Made by a program: the position numbers and the translations under genes. This document shows positions 24,605-36,924 of a stretch of 64,000 bases of DNA, piece after piece. Positions within the stretch are counted from its first letter, which is position 1. Every line of letters starts with the position of its first letter. Below the pieces are notes generated by a model. That model did not search any database. It was not told the DNA's origin and saw nothing but the letters and a program-made list of their open reading frames with translations. The DNA comes from Squalus acanthias. Lineage: Eukaryota. Where the stretch lies: contig CM059429.1 in the NCBI GenBank assembly GCA_030390025.1, positions 24,800,001-24,864,000 of the forward strand. The letters run 5' to 3'.

Positions 24605-26663
24605 ATATATCCAAAAAGAGGGAAGGGTAAGGGAACCAAACAAGGGCTCCTTGGATGACGAGGGAGATAGAGGAGAAGATGAAACAAAAAAAGAGGGTGT
24701 ATGATGAATGTCAGGTGAATTCTTCAAGGGAGAACCAGACCAAATACAATAAGTTGAGAGGGGAAATGAAGATGAAAATAAGATTGGCAAAGAGAGAATA
24801 TGAGAGTAGAATGGCAGTTAACATAAATGGGAACCCAAAAATCTTCTACTGGCATGTAAACAGTAAGTGGGTAGTAAGAGGCGGGGTGGGGCCTCTTAGG
24901 GACAAAGAAGTTGATATATGCTTAGAGGCGCAGGGCAAGGCTAGAATACTCAATGAGTACTTTGTATCGGTGTTTACTAAGGAGATGGATGCTGACAAAA
25001 TATCAGTAGAAGTGGAAAAGGTAGAAGTAATCGAAGGAGTGAAAATTGATAGACAGGATGTACTAGAATGGCTGGGTATGCTTAGAGTGGATAAGTCGCC
25101 TGGTCCAGATGGCTTGCATCCCAGGTTGCTAAGGGAATGGGGGGAGAGATAGCGGAAAGGCTTGCCATAATTTTCCAATCTTCTGTAGATGCGGGGGAGG
25201 TGCCTGAGGATTGGAAAGTGGCAAATGTGACACCATTGTTCAAGAAAGGGTGTAAGGACAATCCAAGTAACTACAGGCCAGTCAGTTTAACATCAGTGGT
25301 GGGTAAAGTTTTAGAAACAATAATCAAGGAAAAAATTAACGGGCACTTCGGAGAGGTTTAAGCTAATTAAGGAGAGCCAACACGGATTTGTAAAAGGCAG
25401 ATCGTGTTTGACTAATCTAATTGAATTTTTTGATGAAGTAACAGGGAGGATTGATGAAGGGAATGCAATGGATGTTGTCTACATGGATTTTCGGAAGGCG
25501 TTTGACAAAGTACCACATAGAAGGCTAGTTAACAAAATTGAGGCTCATGGAATAGGTGGGTCAGTGGCAGCTTGGATAAGGAATTGGCTTAAGGACAGAA
25601 AAGAGCGAGTTGTGGTAAATGGCTGTTTTTCAGAGTGGAGGATGGTAGACAGTGGTGTGCCCCAAGGGTCAGTGCTGGGGCCACTTTTTTTTTGCTATAT
25701 ATAAATGACCTGGATATTGGAATACAGAATAGAATTTCTTAATTTGCCGATGACACCAAACATGGGGGTGTGGCAAACAGTGAGGATGATACCAATTGAC
25801 TGCAACAGGATATAGAAAGGCTAGTAGAATGGGCAGACAAGTGGCAGATGGAATTTAATACAGAGAAGTGTGAGGTGATGCATTTTGGCAGAAGGAACAA
25901 GGAGAGGCAATATACACTTAATGGCACAGTTTTAAAGAGTGTGCAGGGACAGAGGGACCTGAGAGTTAATGTGCATAGGTCCCTGAGGGTGGCAGGACAT
26001 ATTGAGAGAGTGGTTAGTAAAGCATATGGGATCTTGGGCTTCATAAATAGAGGTATTGAGTACAAAAGTAGAGAAGTTATGCTGAACCTTTATAAAGCGC
26101 TGGTTAGGCCACAACTGGAGTATTGCGTCCAGTTCTGGTCACCACACTTTAGGAAGGATGTGAAGGCACTTGAGAGGGTGCAGAGGAGATTTACCCAAAT
26201 GGTTCCAGGGATGGGGGATCTTAGCTACAAGGACAGGTTGGAGAAGCTGGATTTGTTTTCATTCGAGCAAAGGAGGTTGAGGGGTGATTTGATAGAGGTG
26301 TACAAGATTATGACGGGTTTGGATAGGCTAGGTGGGGAATGGCTGTTCCCACTAGTTGATGGTACAAGGACTAGGGGACACAGATTTAAGGTTTTGGGCA
26401 AGAGATACAGGGGGACGTGAGGAAAAACTTTTTTACGCAGCGAGTGGTGATGACCTGGAACTCACTGCCGATGGAAGTGGTGGAAGCGGAGACACTCAAT
26501 GTTTTCAAGGGGAGACTGGATAGGCACTTGAGGGAAATAAACTTGCAGGGCTATGGGGATAGAGCAGGGGAATGGGACTGACTGGATTACTCGACAGAGA
26601 GCCGGCATGGACTCGATGGGCCGAATGGCCTCCTTCTGTGCCGTTATGACTCTATGACTCTAT
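24605..26663 (+). mobile_element. CR1 LINE, 5'-truncated, with frameshifted ORF2 (RT)
   Basis: ORFs 24655-25152, 25137-25361, 25408-25704 and 25848-26420 carry KSPGPDG, NYRPVSLTS, DFRKAFDKVPH, GVPQGSVLGP and [10 protein letters not shown]; FADD follows; tail tatgactctatgactcta. Confidence 0.97.
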
Positions 26664-27169
26664 AAATTCAGCAGATCATGATGAAGGGCCAAAGCCCACT
26701 GGAAGGCCACGGCCCACATTACAGGATGCCCCCAAGGCTGCAAAGAATAAAAGAGAGCAAGAGGTAAATCAGGACATAGTGATTAGCTGAGGCTATACTT
26801 TGGTCTTAAAAACTTGAGGATTGTATTATTCTGTGTTTATATACTATCCAATTATTTAAGATACATAAATGTAGTTACAAATACAATTTATATGGTGTCT
26901 GCAAACAATGGCAAGTGAAACATATAGATTATGTTTTAAAGAACTCTGTATTGATTTTAATTATCTTTCTCATCCTGAATATACAGGAGACCTAATCACT
27001 CACAGATATTTATCAGTAGTCCTGTCCACGTATTATGTTAAAAAGTGTTGGTCCGATTTTGGGTACCGCAAAGTGACAATGTGAAGTTCGGCTCCAATGG
27101 CATCATGAATGAGAACATCTCTCTATTCATGATGTCACTGTAGGGAGATTGCGCACAAAATGCCTACTT

Positions 27170-28340
27170 ACAGGCTCAACAAAGGACAAGAATTTTAAAG
27201 TTGAGTAATTCAATGTAGGTTAGCAAGGATGGGAGTGATGGGTGAGTGGAACTTGGTGCAGGATAGGATATGGGCATCAGAGTTTTGGATGAGTTGAAGT
27301 TTACAAAGGGTGAAGGATGAGAGACAGGCCAGGAAAATATTACAGTACTTGAGTCTGGAGGTGTCAAAGGCATGAATGAGGAGTTCAGTGGCAGACGGCT
27401 GAGTTAGGGGTGGAATTGGCCGATGTTACAGTGGTGGACGTAGTCAGTATTTGTGATGGAGAGGATATGGGGCAGAAGCTCAGCTCAGGGTGAAATAGGA
27501 ATTGAGGTTGTGAACAGTCTGGTTCAGCCGGAGAGAGTGGCTGGGGAGGGAGATGGTGTTGGTGACGAGAGTACGGAGTTTCTGACAGGTGCCGAAGATG
27601 ATATTAAGCTGGAGGAAATGATGGCTCATCCAAGCCTGGATGGTGGGCAAGCAGTCTGACCACACAGAAGCAGTGGAAGGGTCGAGAGGGGTGGTGGAGA
27701 AGTAGAGCTGGGTGTCATCAACGTACATGTTGAAGCTGGCCCCATGCCTGAGAATGATGACACCAAGGGGGGCGGCAGCATGTAAACGAGGAAGAGGAGG
27801 GGGGCTCAAGATGGATTGTTGTGGAATTCCTGAAGTGATGGTGCAGATGCTCTGGCTACAATTGGATAGTTAAGAGTGGAACCAAACAAGGCAAGTCCCA
27901 CCCAACTGGAATAATGCACCACAGTAATAGTCACAGAAAATGTAATTTGTGCCTTTGGTTAAGGCCTTTTCGGTGCTATGGCGGGGGGATTAAAAAACTG
28001 ATTGGAGAGATACAAACTAGGAGTTACGGGTAAGATGGACACAGGTTTGGGAGGTATCAACACATTCAGGGAATTTAGAGAGGAAAGAAAGGTTGGAGAT
28101 GGTGTGGTAGTTTGCAAGGGCAGATGGGGCGAGGGTGTTTTTTTTGAGGAAGTGGTGATGATGATGGTTTTGAAAGGGAGGAGGGACAGTACCTGAGAAA
28201 AGCGAATAATTCAGAATTGTCAGCTAACATGGGGGCCAGGAAGGGAAAATTGGGTGATCAGTAGTTTGTGGGAATGGGGTCAAGAGAGCAGGATATCAGT
28301 CCCATGGATAAGATGAGCTTGGAGAGGGTACGGGGCCATA
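27170..28340 (-). mobile_element. L2 LINE RT fragment, degenerate
   Basis: ORF 27480-27809 contains PLGVII.RHG.SFNMYVDDTQLYFS...CL..IQAWMSHHFLQLN (L2 YADDTQLY motif). Confidence 0.9.
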
Positions 28341-29555
28341 TGTGATAGAAAATGGAGAAACTAGACATGCTCCAAGAGGGTGTAAAGAACACCAGTAACT
28401 GTAGGAATTGATGATGAAAAACATTCCATTAATAAAAGATTATACTGAAATATCACTGACCAGATACACAAAACATTTTGCAATAAGTACATATAGCTCA
28501 AACAACTGACCACATTTCTGTTTAAAGAATTTAATTATAGGCTTGAGCCTGCCCAGGAAGAGCAATTTGATGGAACTATTGGTGAAGCAGAATTCTTTAC
28601 ATTTTTCTGCATGGGAAATTAGGCTAAAATATGACTAAACATGCAATTTTCACTTACCTGAGCCACTTAAAAAATCTTATACCTTCAAAGTGTATTTTCC
28701 TTTTTTAAGAGATCTGCTTGTTTTTATTCTGATTAGTTCTCTTTTTAAACTGTTGATTCTATTTTATTACTCTAATGTAATTACTGATGGCTCTGCTGGT
28801 AAATCAGCCTAAGTACACAGCGATGGTTGACCTGATGGATGGATGGATGAAACTGACCTGAAATTGATCACTGGAGAAAGGGGCAGGATCTGGGTGTAGG
28901 TATTAATATTGACAGAGTCTCAGCTTGGAGTTCCTGAAGGTTCGCTATGTTTTTTTCCAGATAAGGATAATAACCTACTCGCATCAATGGATATTTCTCG
29001 TATATTAATTTTGCTCAATAGTAGAATATGATTGCCAAACTCAATGCATAGAAGTTACTTCTGAGGTGAAATTGCAACATATGATATACAATTACATGGG
29101 CTAACAGCTACGTTAAAACAGTGGACAAAGGAATTTCATTCAAAAGTGTTAATGCATTTGTATGTTAATATCGCACAGTATGACTTCACCCCTTTAAAGA
29201 AGGAGTCTTGCCATCAGGACTCTCTTTTTAAAGAGGGAATTTTGCAATGATTCCTATTAATTCTGACAATGAGATTTTATTCTCGGCAGTTTATTAATAA
29301 ACAGAAGCTTTGAAATTACCGTGCATAAACAATGGCATAAGAATGGTTAATTTGTTTGCATTAAATTCCATTGTTTCATATTTTAATGCAGATATCAACC
29401 TGTTAATTCGAAGTGAGTTAATGCCTCTATTAAAATACCAGACAAAGGCATTTCATATGAACCCCTTAAGCATTCTTATGCTAATATTTGCACATTGTAA
29501 TTTCAAGGCCAGAGATCTCACAAGCGCGTACAGACGCACAGCACACACACATTGT

Positions 29556-30744
29556 GGCCTGGAGTTTCCGCTAGGCTGCGCCTTTTTTTTTTAGCACAAA
29601 TCGCCTGAAATCAGCCAAACCAGCGCAAAAGATCACAGAATTTTAAGCGCAAATTACATTCCACGCAAATCGAGTTTCCGCGATCTTTTGCGCTAGTTTA
29701 AAAAACATCGCGCTAGAAGCTGGCCCCGCCCACAAAACTGACCACGCCCCCAGGTTGAATTAATCGCCATGGCGAGTTTCCGCTAATTGCGCCTGTTTGT
29801 GGGCCCTCAAGGAACCTCTTAAAATTAAGCTGTATTTTTGGGCACAAGGACACAAATAGGCACGTTTTTAAAAGCTATTGAATTTTTTTTTTAATTTACT
29901 AAGGAACTGATTACCAATTACCTATATAACTAACAAATGGTTCTGTATAGTTTTTTTAAAATCATTTTCAGTTATTTAAAATCGAGTTACTCACAGGTGG
30001 TGGACTGGACACTCTGATTAAAAATGCTTATTTTTGTGATAAACCCATTTTCAGCTGTATTAATCAAACTGCACCAAGTTACCACTCTTAAATATATCAA
30101 GGAATATTTTTTAAACATTTAAAAAAAAATTATGTTCTAAAACGTTGCCTTTTTGCATTGGTCCATGGCAGAGTGTCAGCCGTGGCTCAGTGGGTAGCAC
30201 TCTCGCCTCTGAGTCAGAAGGTTGTGGGTTCATGTCCCACTCCGGAAACTTGAGCACATAAATCTAGGCTGACACTCCAGTGCAGTGCTGAGGGAGTGCT
30301 GCACTGTCGGCGGTGCCGTCTTTTGGATGAGATGTTAAACCGAGGCTCCGTCTACTCTCTCAGGTGTATGTAAAAGGTCCCATGGCACTATTTCGAAGAA
30401 GAGCAGGGGAGTTATCCCCGGTGTCCTGGTCAATATTTATCCCTCAACCAACATCACTAAAACAAACTATCTGGTCATTATCACATTGCTGTATGTGGGA
30501 GCTTGCTGTGAGAAATTGACTGCCACATTTCCTACATTACAACAGCGACTATACTTCAAAACTACTTCATTGGCTGTAAAGCGCTTTGGGACGTCCTGAG
30601 GTCATGAAAGGCGCTATATAAAAGCAAGTCTTTCTTTTCTTTTTTATCATCAATATGCGGAAACTTGAGGAGAAAATACACTTCTCAAAACATAGCGCAA
30701 TTTGCGCCCGGATTGCCAATTGGGCCCAAAGCTGAAACTCTACA
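29556..30744. mobile_element. Non-autonomous DNA transposon relic hosting a SINE
   Basis: Degenerate TIRs (cctggagtttccgc / gctgaaactctac), repeated gagtttccgc subterminal motifs, CpG-rich ends and an AT-rich core. Confidence 0.55.
30173..30645 (+). mobile_element. Full-length tRNA-derived Deu-domain SINE (SacSINE1/AmnSINE1-like)
   Basis: A box tggctcagtgg, B box ggttcatgtcc, Deu core (gatgagatgttaaaccgagg...gcactatttcgaagaagagcagggg...aatatttatccctcaacc) and L2-type tail gcgctatataaaagcaagtctttc. Confidence 0.9.
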
Positions 30745-31322
30745 TATATACACCTGAAGCATATTGTGGAAGTCACCAATGACTGCAAACCATCTAGAAT
30801 CTGGTCCACTTCACCTTATAGTAGCATTTATAAAAGAAATTTGTCTCACGGCATATTCTTCATCCACTATTTTAGTGGACGTATTAACACATTTAAAAGA
30901 AACAGGTTAATGCCTAAGTTAAAACAGTGGCCAAAGGAATATCACAAATGCATTAAGAGTTGTCCGCGTACCTCGTCAACAATAATTTCTAGGCTCTTAT
31001 CTCTTCTGAGAATTTTTAAGAGAGGAATTAAACTTTGACAATGTATAGAATAAAATATCAGTTTCTGAAGCAATGATAATTTTTAAGGTTATAGTTCAGG
31101 CCCCTCTCCCAGAGAAGAGTGCCCCTTTTCCCTGCTTCTCATTACTTTTAAAGGTGATAGATTTATTTCATAGTTCTTTATTAACAGTTCTTTAAATGAT
31201 ACCTGACTATTTCTGCACACTCACAGGCTTAATGCTTTTATTGACACAAAACTAATACTGAGTCTAACCAGACTACTCCAGACAGCAATGCTCTATTTTT
31301 GCATTGCTTACACTGTTATCTT

Positions 31323-32085
31323 GGCCCGTATTTTCCGATGCCTACGGGTGGGTACGCGCTGTGTACGCACCCGTAGGGACATCGGAAATGCCGGTTTCAG
31401 GCATGCAAAGCGCATGCGCTGAAAACCGGCATTTCCGATCTGTCAAGAATGCTCTTGACAGATTGGATGCCTGCCCTAGAGAAGGGCCTCTGCGGGGGGA
31501 GAGTTCCGCTTTCTGGAGAACCTCCACCCGCTGAAAACCCTTAGAAATCTTACGCCTGGTAAAAGCAGGTGTAAGGCCTGCTTTTACCAGCATAAGAGTT
31601 GAAAAAAGTAAAAAAAATATATTTTTTCCACTCATTTATAATTTAAAAATACTTTTAAAAAAGGTAAGTTTATTTTTAGTCCCGTAAAAAACTTTAATTA
31701 TTTTTTTCAAAAAATTAAATTTTTGTTTAAAATATTTAATTTAATGTAATTTCAACTCATTTTAAAAACATGATGGTTTTTAAAAAAATTATTTCATGTT
31801 TTACTGTGTTTTTGGGGTGATCTACATTCATATATTTGACAGGTCTGTCTGTCAAAAGTATGAAGGGAGATTCCCTTCTCCTATTGGCTGGCCTGGCCCA
31901 CGTGATCACAGGGATGCTTGCGAACCGCATGTGCCTCTGGGATACGTGGGCCCTGCACATTTCGACTGTGGAGTTGCCCTGGAGCAGAAGTGTATGGATC
32001 TTGGGAGACCTCAGGTAAGTTCGTAGATTTTTTTCTGATAGGAGGCCTCCGCATGCAGGAAGCCTCCGGTCGTAAAATACGGGCC
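31323..32085. mobile_element. Non-autonomous DNA transposon, PIF/Harbinger-like
   Basis: TIRs ggcccgtattttccga / tcgtaaaatacgggcc; flanks CTT/ATT; internal hairpins; related arm at 56855-57125. Confidence 0.8.
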
Positions 32086-32379
32086 ATTATTTTTTTAGGG
32101 TGGGATGGGGAGGTGGCTCAAAAAATAGCTTATTCACACCTCTCTGACACCCTGCAAATGAAATGCACCAGATAATTGTTAACAGACAAAAGACAATTTC
32201 AGGAATAATATCACAACAAGCAGAACTCAGCACTGCCCAGGGTGCCTCTGCTGCTCCATCAGAACTGGAAAAACAAAAGGGTTCATTAGCCAAACTAGAA
32301 GGTACTCGCAAGTTCACTATTGCACCAATGTAGATGTAAAGAGATTAGCCAAAGAGGCTATTTGCTTAGGCTGAACCAC

Positions 32380-35300
32380 GTGGTGCATAACATCGGTGTT
32401 CTATTCAATCCTGAGCTGAAATTTCAACCCCACATTTGATCTGTTGCCAAGATTGTCTTCTTCCATTTCTGGAGGATTGTCCACTTATGTTTCTGCCTTT
32501 CCCTCCCCCTCTCCCCCGGGTGCTGCTGAAACTCTCATCACCCTGAGGTTCCGTCCTCAAATGCTCTCCTCACTGCCTGTACCATTCAGCTAATCCAGAG
32601 GTCAATGGCTTGTTTCCTCTTCCACACAGTCACGCACATTCACTGTGCCTGTTCTTCTCCAAATCCACTGGCTCCCTGTGCCCCAGCCAATTGAATTTTA
32701 AGACCTTGGTCCCCATTTTCAAATCCTTGCATAGACTCCACTTGCTGCATTGGGGAAATCTACTCTAGCTTTACAACCTACTTTCCTTTTCTCTGTGCCT
32801 GGAGTACAACTTGTTTCCAGCTCTCTACCTTCAACAATCAAGAATCATAGAATGGTTACAGCACAATAGAAGGCCATTTGGCCCGTCAAGCCCGTGCCGA
32901 CTCTCAGCTAGTCCCACTCCCTTGCCCTTTCCCCGTAGCCCTGCAAATTTTTTTCCTTCAGATACTTATCCAACTCCCTTTTGAAAGATAAGATTGAGTC
33001 TGCCTCCACTGCTCTTTCAGGCAGTGCATTCCAGATCCTAACCACTCGCTGCGTAAAAAGGTTTTTCCTCATGTCGCCTTTGATTATTTTGCCAATCACC
33101 TTAAATCTGTGTCCTCTGGTTCTCGACCCTTCTGCCAATGGGAACAGTTTCTCTCTATCTACTCTGTCCAGACCCCTCATGATTTTGAACACCTCTATCA
33201 AATCTCCTCTCAATCTTCTCTGCTCCAAGGAGAACAACCCCAGCTTCTCCAGTCTATCAACGTAACTGAAGTCCCTCATTCCTGGAATCATTCTCGTAAA
33301 TCTTTTCTGCACCTTCTCTAAGGCCTTCACATCCTTCTTAAAGTGTGGTGCCCAGAATTGGACACAGTACCCCAGTTGGGGCTGAACCAGTGTTTTATAC
33401 AGGTTCATCATAATTTCCACACTTTTGTACTCTATACCTCTATACATGAAGCCCAGGATCCTGTAAGCCTTTTAAACTGCTTTCTCAACCTGCCCTGCCA
33501 CCTTCAAGGATTTGTGCACACATACCCCTCGGTCTCTCTGTTTGTGCACCTCCTTTAGGATTGTACCATTTAGTTTATATGTCCTCTCCTCATTCTTTCT
33601 ACCAAAATGTATCACTTCACACTTTTCTGCGTTAAATTTCATCTGCCACGTGTCCACCCATTTCACCAGCCTGCCTATGTCTTCCTGAAGTCTATCACTC
33701 TCCTCCTCACTGTTCACTATACTTCCAAGTTTTGTGTCATCTGCAAATTTTGAAATTGTGCCCTGTACACCCACGTCCAAGTAATTAACATATATCAAGA
33801 AAAGCAGTTGTCCTAGAACTGACCCCTGGGGAACACCACTGTATACCTTCCTCCAGTCCGAAAAACAACCGTTCACCACTACTCTCTGTTTCCTGTCACT
33901 TAGTCAATTTCATATCCATGCTGCCACTGTCCCTTTTATTCCATAGGCTTCAACTTTGCTGGCAAGCCTATTGTGTGGCACTTTGTCGAACGCCTTTTGG
34001 AAATCCATGTACGCTACGTCAACCACATTACCCTCATCAACCCTCTCTGTTACCTCATCAAAAAACTCGATCAAGTTAGTTAAACACGATTTGTCTTTAA
34101 CAAATCCGTGCTGGCTTTCCTTAATTAATCCACACCTATCCAAGTGACTGTTAATTTTGTCCCTGATTGCTGTTTCTAAAAGCTTCCCCACTACCGAGGT
34201 TAAACTGACTAGCCTGTAGTTGCTGGGTTTATCTTTACACCCTTTTTTGAACAATGGTGTAACAATTGCAATTCTCCAGTCCTCTGGCACCACCCCCGTA
34301 TCTATGGAGGATTGGAATATTATGGCCATTACCTCCGCGATTTCCGCCCTCAATTCCTTCAGCATCCTAGGATGCATCCCATCTGCTCCTGGTGATTTAT
34401 CTACTTTAAGTGCAGCCAACTGTTCTAATACCTCTTTATCAATTTTTATCCTATCAAGTGTCTCCTCTACCTCCTCCTTCACTATGTCTATGGCAGCATC
34501 TTCTTCCTTGGTGAAGACAGATGCAAAGTACTCATTTAATACCTCAGCCATACCCTCTGCCTCGATGCATAGGTCTGCTTTTTGGTCCCTAATCGGTCCC
34601 ACCCCTCCTCTTACTACCCTTTTACTATTTATATGCCTGTAGAAGACTTTTGGATTACCTTTTATGTTGGCTGCCATTCTATTCTCTTACCCTCTCTTTG
34701 ACCCTCTTATTTTCTTTTTCACGCCTCCTCTGACTTTTCTATATATAGCCTGATTCTCAGATGTATTTGCAACCTGACACCTGTCATACACATTCTTTTT
34801 CTGCTTCATCATAGTCTCTATTTTTTTTTGTCATCCTGACTTTAGTTGCCCTTCCTTTCCCCCTAGTGGGAATGTACCTGAACTATTTCCTCTTTAAAGG
34901 CAGCCCATTGTTCCATTACAGTTTTGCCTGCCAATCTTTGATTCCAGTTTACCTGGGCCAGATCCGTTCTCATCCCACTGAAACTGGCTTTCCCCCAGTT
35001 AAACATTTTTACTCTAGATTGGTCCCTGTCCTTTTCCATAGCTTATCTAAACCTTATGATACTATGATCACTGTTCCCTAAATGTTCACCTACTGACACT
35101 TGCTCCACTTGTCCTACCTCATTTCCCAGAACCAGATCCAGCAATGCCTCCTCCCTCATCGGGCCAGAAACATACTGATCAAGAAAGTTCTCCTGAACAC
35201 ACTTCAGAAATTCTTCCCCTTCTCTGCCCTTTACACTATTACGATCCCAGTCTATATTAGGATAGTAGAAGTCCCCCAATATTACTTATCTATAGTTATT

Positions 35301-35700
35301 GCACCTCTCTGTAATTTCTCTGCAGATTTGCTCCTCCATATCTTTCCCGCTATTTGGTGGTCTATAGAATACACCTAGTAGTGTAATGGCACCTCTATTA
35401 TTTCTTAACTCTAGTCATATAGATTCTGTCCTTGGCCCCTCCAGGACACCCTCCCTCTCCAACATTCTCCTTAACCAATACTGCCACACCACCTCTGATC
35501 ATTCAGCCATCCCATTGAAATTCTCTTCCACCTTTCTACGCCCTTGCATAACATCAGAAACCTTCACTTTGACCACACCTCTAATCTTCCTCTTCAAAAT
35601 CCTTCACTTCCCGTCCAGTATCCAAGTCTCTCCCTTTTAAAGTGTTCTGCCGTTCTTTTGCGTGAGGAATGCTATGTAAATGAAAATTGCTGTTGTTGAT
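32380..35700 (+). mobile_element. Old L2 LINE 3' region split by the CR1 at 32841-35492 (pieces about 32380-32835 and 35495-35700)
   Basis: cactggctccc...aattgaattttaag...ttcaaatcc is L2 ORF2 C-terminal sequence; the L2 terminus gctatgtaaatgaaaattgctgttgttg resumes after the CR1. Confidence 0.7.
32841..35492 (-). mobile_element. CR1 LINE with partial endonuclease and RT of ORF2, disrupted
   Basis: ORFs 35043-35279 (MGDFYYPNIDW...LDLVL...SDH, APE endonuclease), 33910-34677, 33472-33879 (GVPQGSVLG, KFADDTKL) and 32908-33447; tail agaatcatagaa. Confidence 0.97.
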
Positions 35701-36534
35701 TTAATCAGCAAGACACTCTGAGAAAATATGCATTGTAGGAGTAATTCCCCTGTTCACACGGGCAACAACATTGTGACATTAAACATTATTAATGCGATGC
35801 CAGAGTGTTCTAATTAAGTGTCGGGATATTACTAAACACAGGTCTAAAGTGACTAACAAATCCTCAATCCTAAACCTCAGAGTTGTCTTAAGGCAGCATT
35901 GGTGTGGTGTAATTTGCCTCAAATTTCGAGTCATGGCACTTAGCTAACCCCATGTAGTACTGTGATTGGCTGTCACCTCAGCTTCAGAACAATTAGGTAA
36001 ATCACTGAATAAAAATATAGTTATGGGGATGATTCATCAGGCAGTAAGCCAAATCAGCTGGGAGTGTCTCTCCACAATGTTTGTAATAACAAGAGACAGC
36101 TCACAACTCTGAAGCAGGACAATCTGATTTTACAATGGCGTCTGACTTCATGGGGGGCGGGGAGGGTGTCACATTCTTAGACAGCTCTGTCACGTTGCTA
36201 CGTGAGTTGCATTACACAAAATAAAGTTTGTCACGCCTGAACCAGATAACATCCCTGGAGATAAGACCATTGGTGGCAGAAGGCTGATCTACAAAGCACA
36301 CCTTTGTGTCATTAACACCTTTCGAAGCCCATTGTATTAACGTGAAAGATCTTATTACAACATTTGTGTATGGGTATCGGGGAAACTAACCTCGGATTCT
36401 ATAGTTGTTATACAACCTATGTGATTGCTGTAATATTATTAGCATGTGTTTATTCGAGTGCGTTCAGTTTTGTGCTCAAGTTCTGTAAAGACTTTCACAC
36501 CATTCCAGAAATAATCTTCTCAAGGCCTCTAAGC

Positions 36535-36890
36535 CTTTCTGCCATTCACATTTACACCTCTTCTAGACTCCTCTTTTGTTTCTTTACTTGTACCATTACC
36601 ATCTCCTTTTGCTTTGTACAATCATACCTTTTGTCATTTAATCACTCCTGCCTTCCATCCTATCACAGACCTTCCCTTTTGTTCTTTCCTCCCCTCCCCC
36701 CTTTCCCTGCCCCTGCATTTGCTTAAAATCTTTAACATCTCTAACTTTTTCCAGTTCTGACGAGAGGTCATCGACCTGAAACATTAACTCTTTTTCTTTC
36801 TCCACAGATGCTGCCTGACCTGCTGAGTGTTTCCAGCATTTTCTGTTTTTATTCCAGATTTCCAGCATCCGCAGTATTTTGCTTTTGTCT
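36535..36890 (+). mobile_element. Penelope-like element terminal (pseudo-LTR) repeat
   Basis: Pyrimidine-rich tract, then a hammerhead-like core, then ctccacagatgctgcctgacctgctgagtgtttccagcattttctg...ttccagcatccgcagtattttgc. I recognise this as a common elasmobranch repeat; further fragments at 50465-50498 (+) and 51727-51790 (-). Confidence 0.7.
36753..36789 (+). ncRNA. Minimal type I hammerhead ribozyme motif, probably degenerate
   Basis: agtt-CTGACGA-g-aggtc-atc-gacct-GAAA-catt-aact: both conserved core boxes, a 5-bp stem II and a 4-bp stem I. Confidence 0.65.
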
Positions 36891-36924
36891 CCAAGCCTAC
36901 TCATTGGTTACTAATGGTTTTCTT

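Noticed and set aside
26675-26705. Second hammerhead (atgatgaagggccaaagccc...)
   Set aside because: Lacks the C of CUGA and has no GAAA after the stem.
28958-28972. EVI1 autoregulatory site (agataaggataa)
   Set aside because: Only a partial match to GA(C/T)AAGA(T/C)AAGATAA in AT-rich sequence; expected by chance.
30173-30250. tRNA genes (also 37174-37250 and 49690-49770)
   Set aside because: The A/B boxes belong to SINE heads continuous with SINE bodies; no complete cloverleaf.
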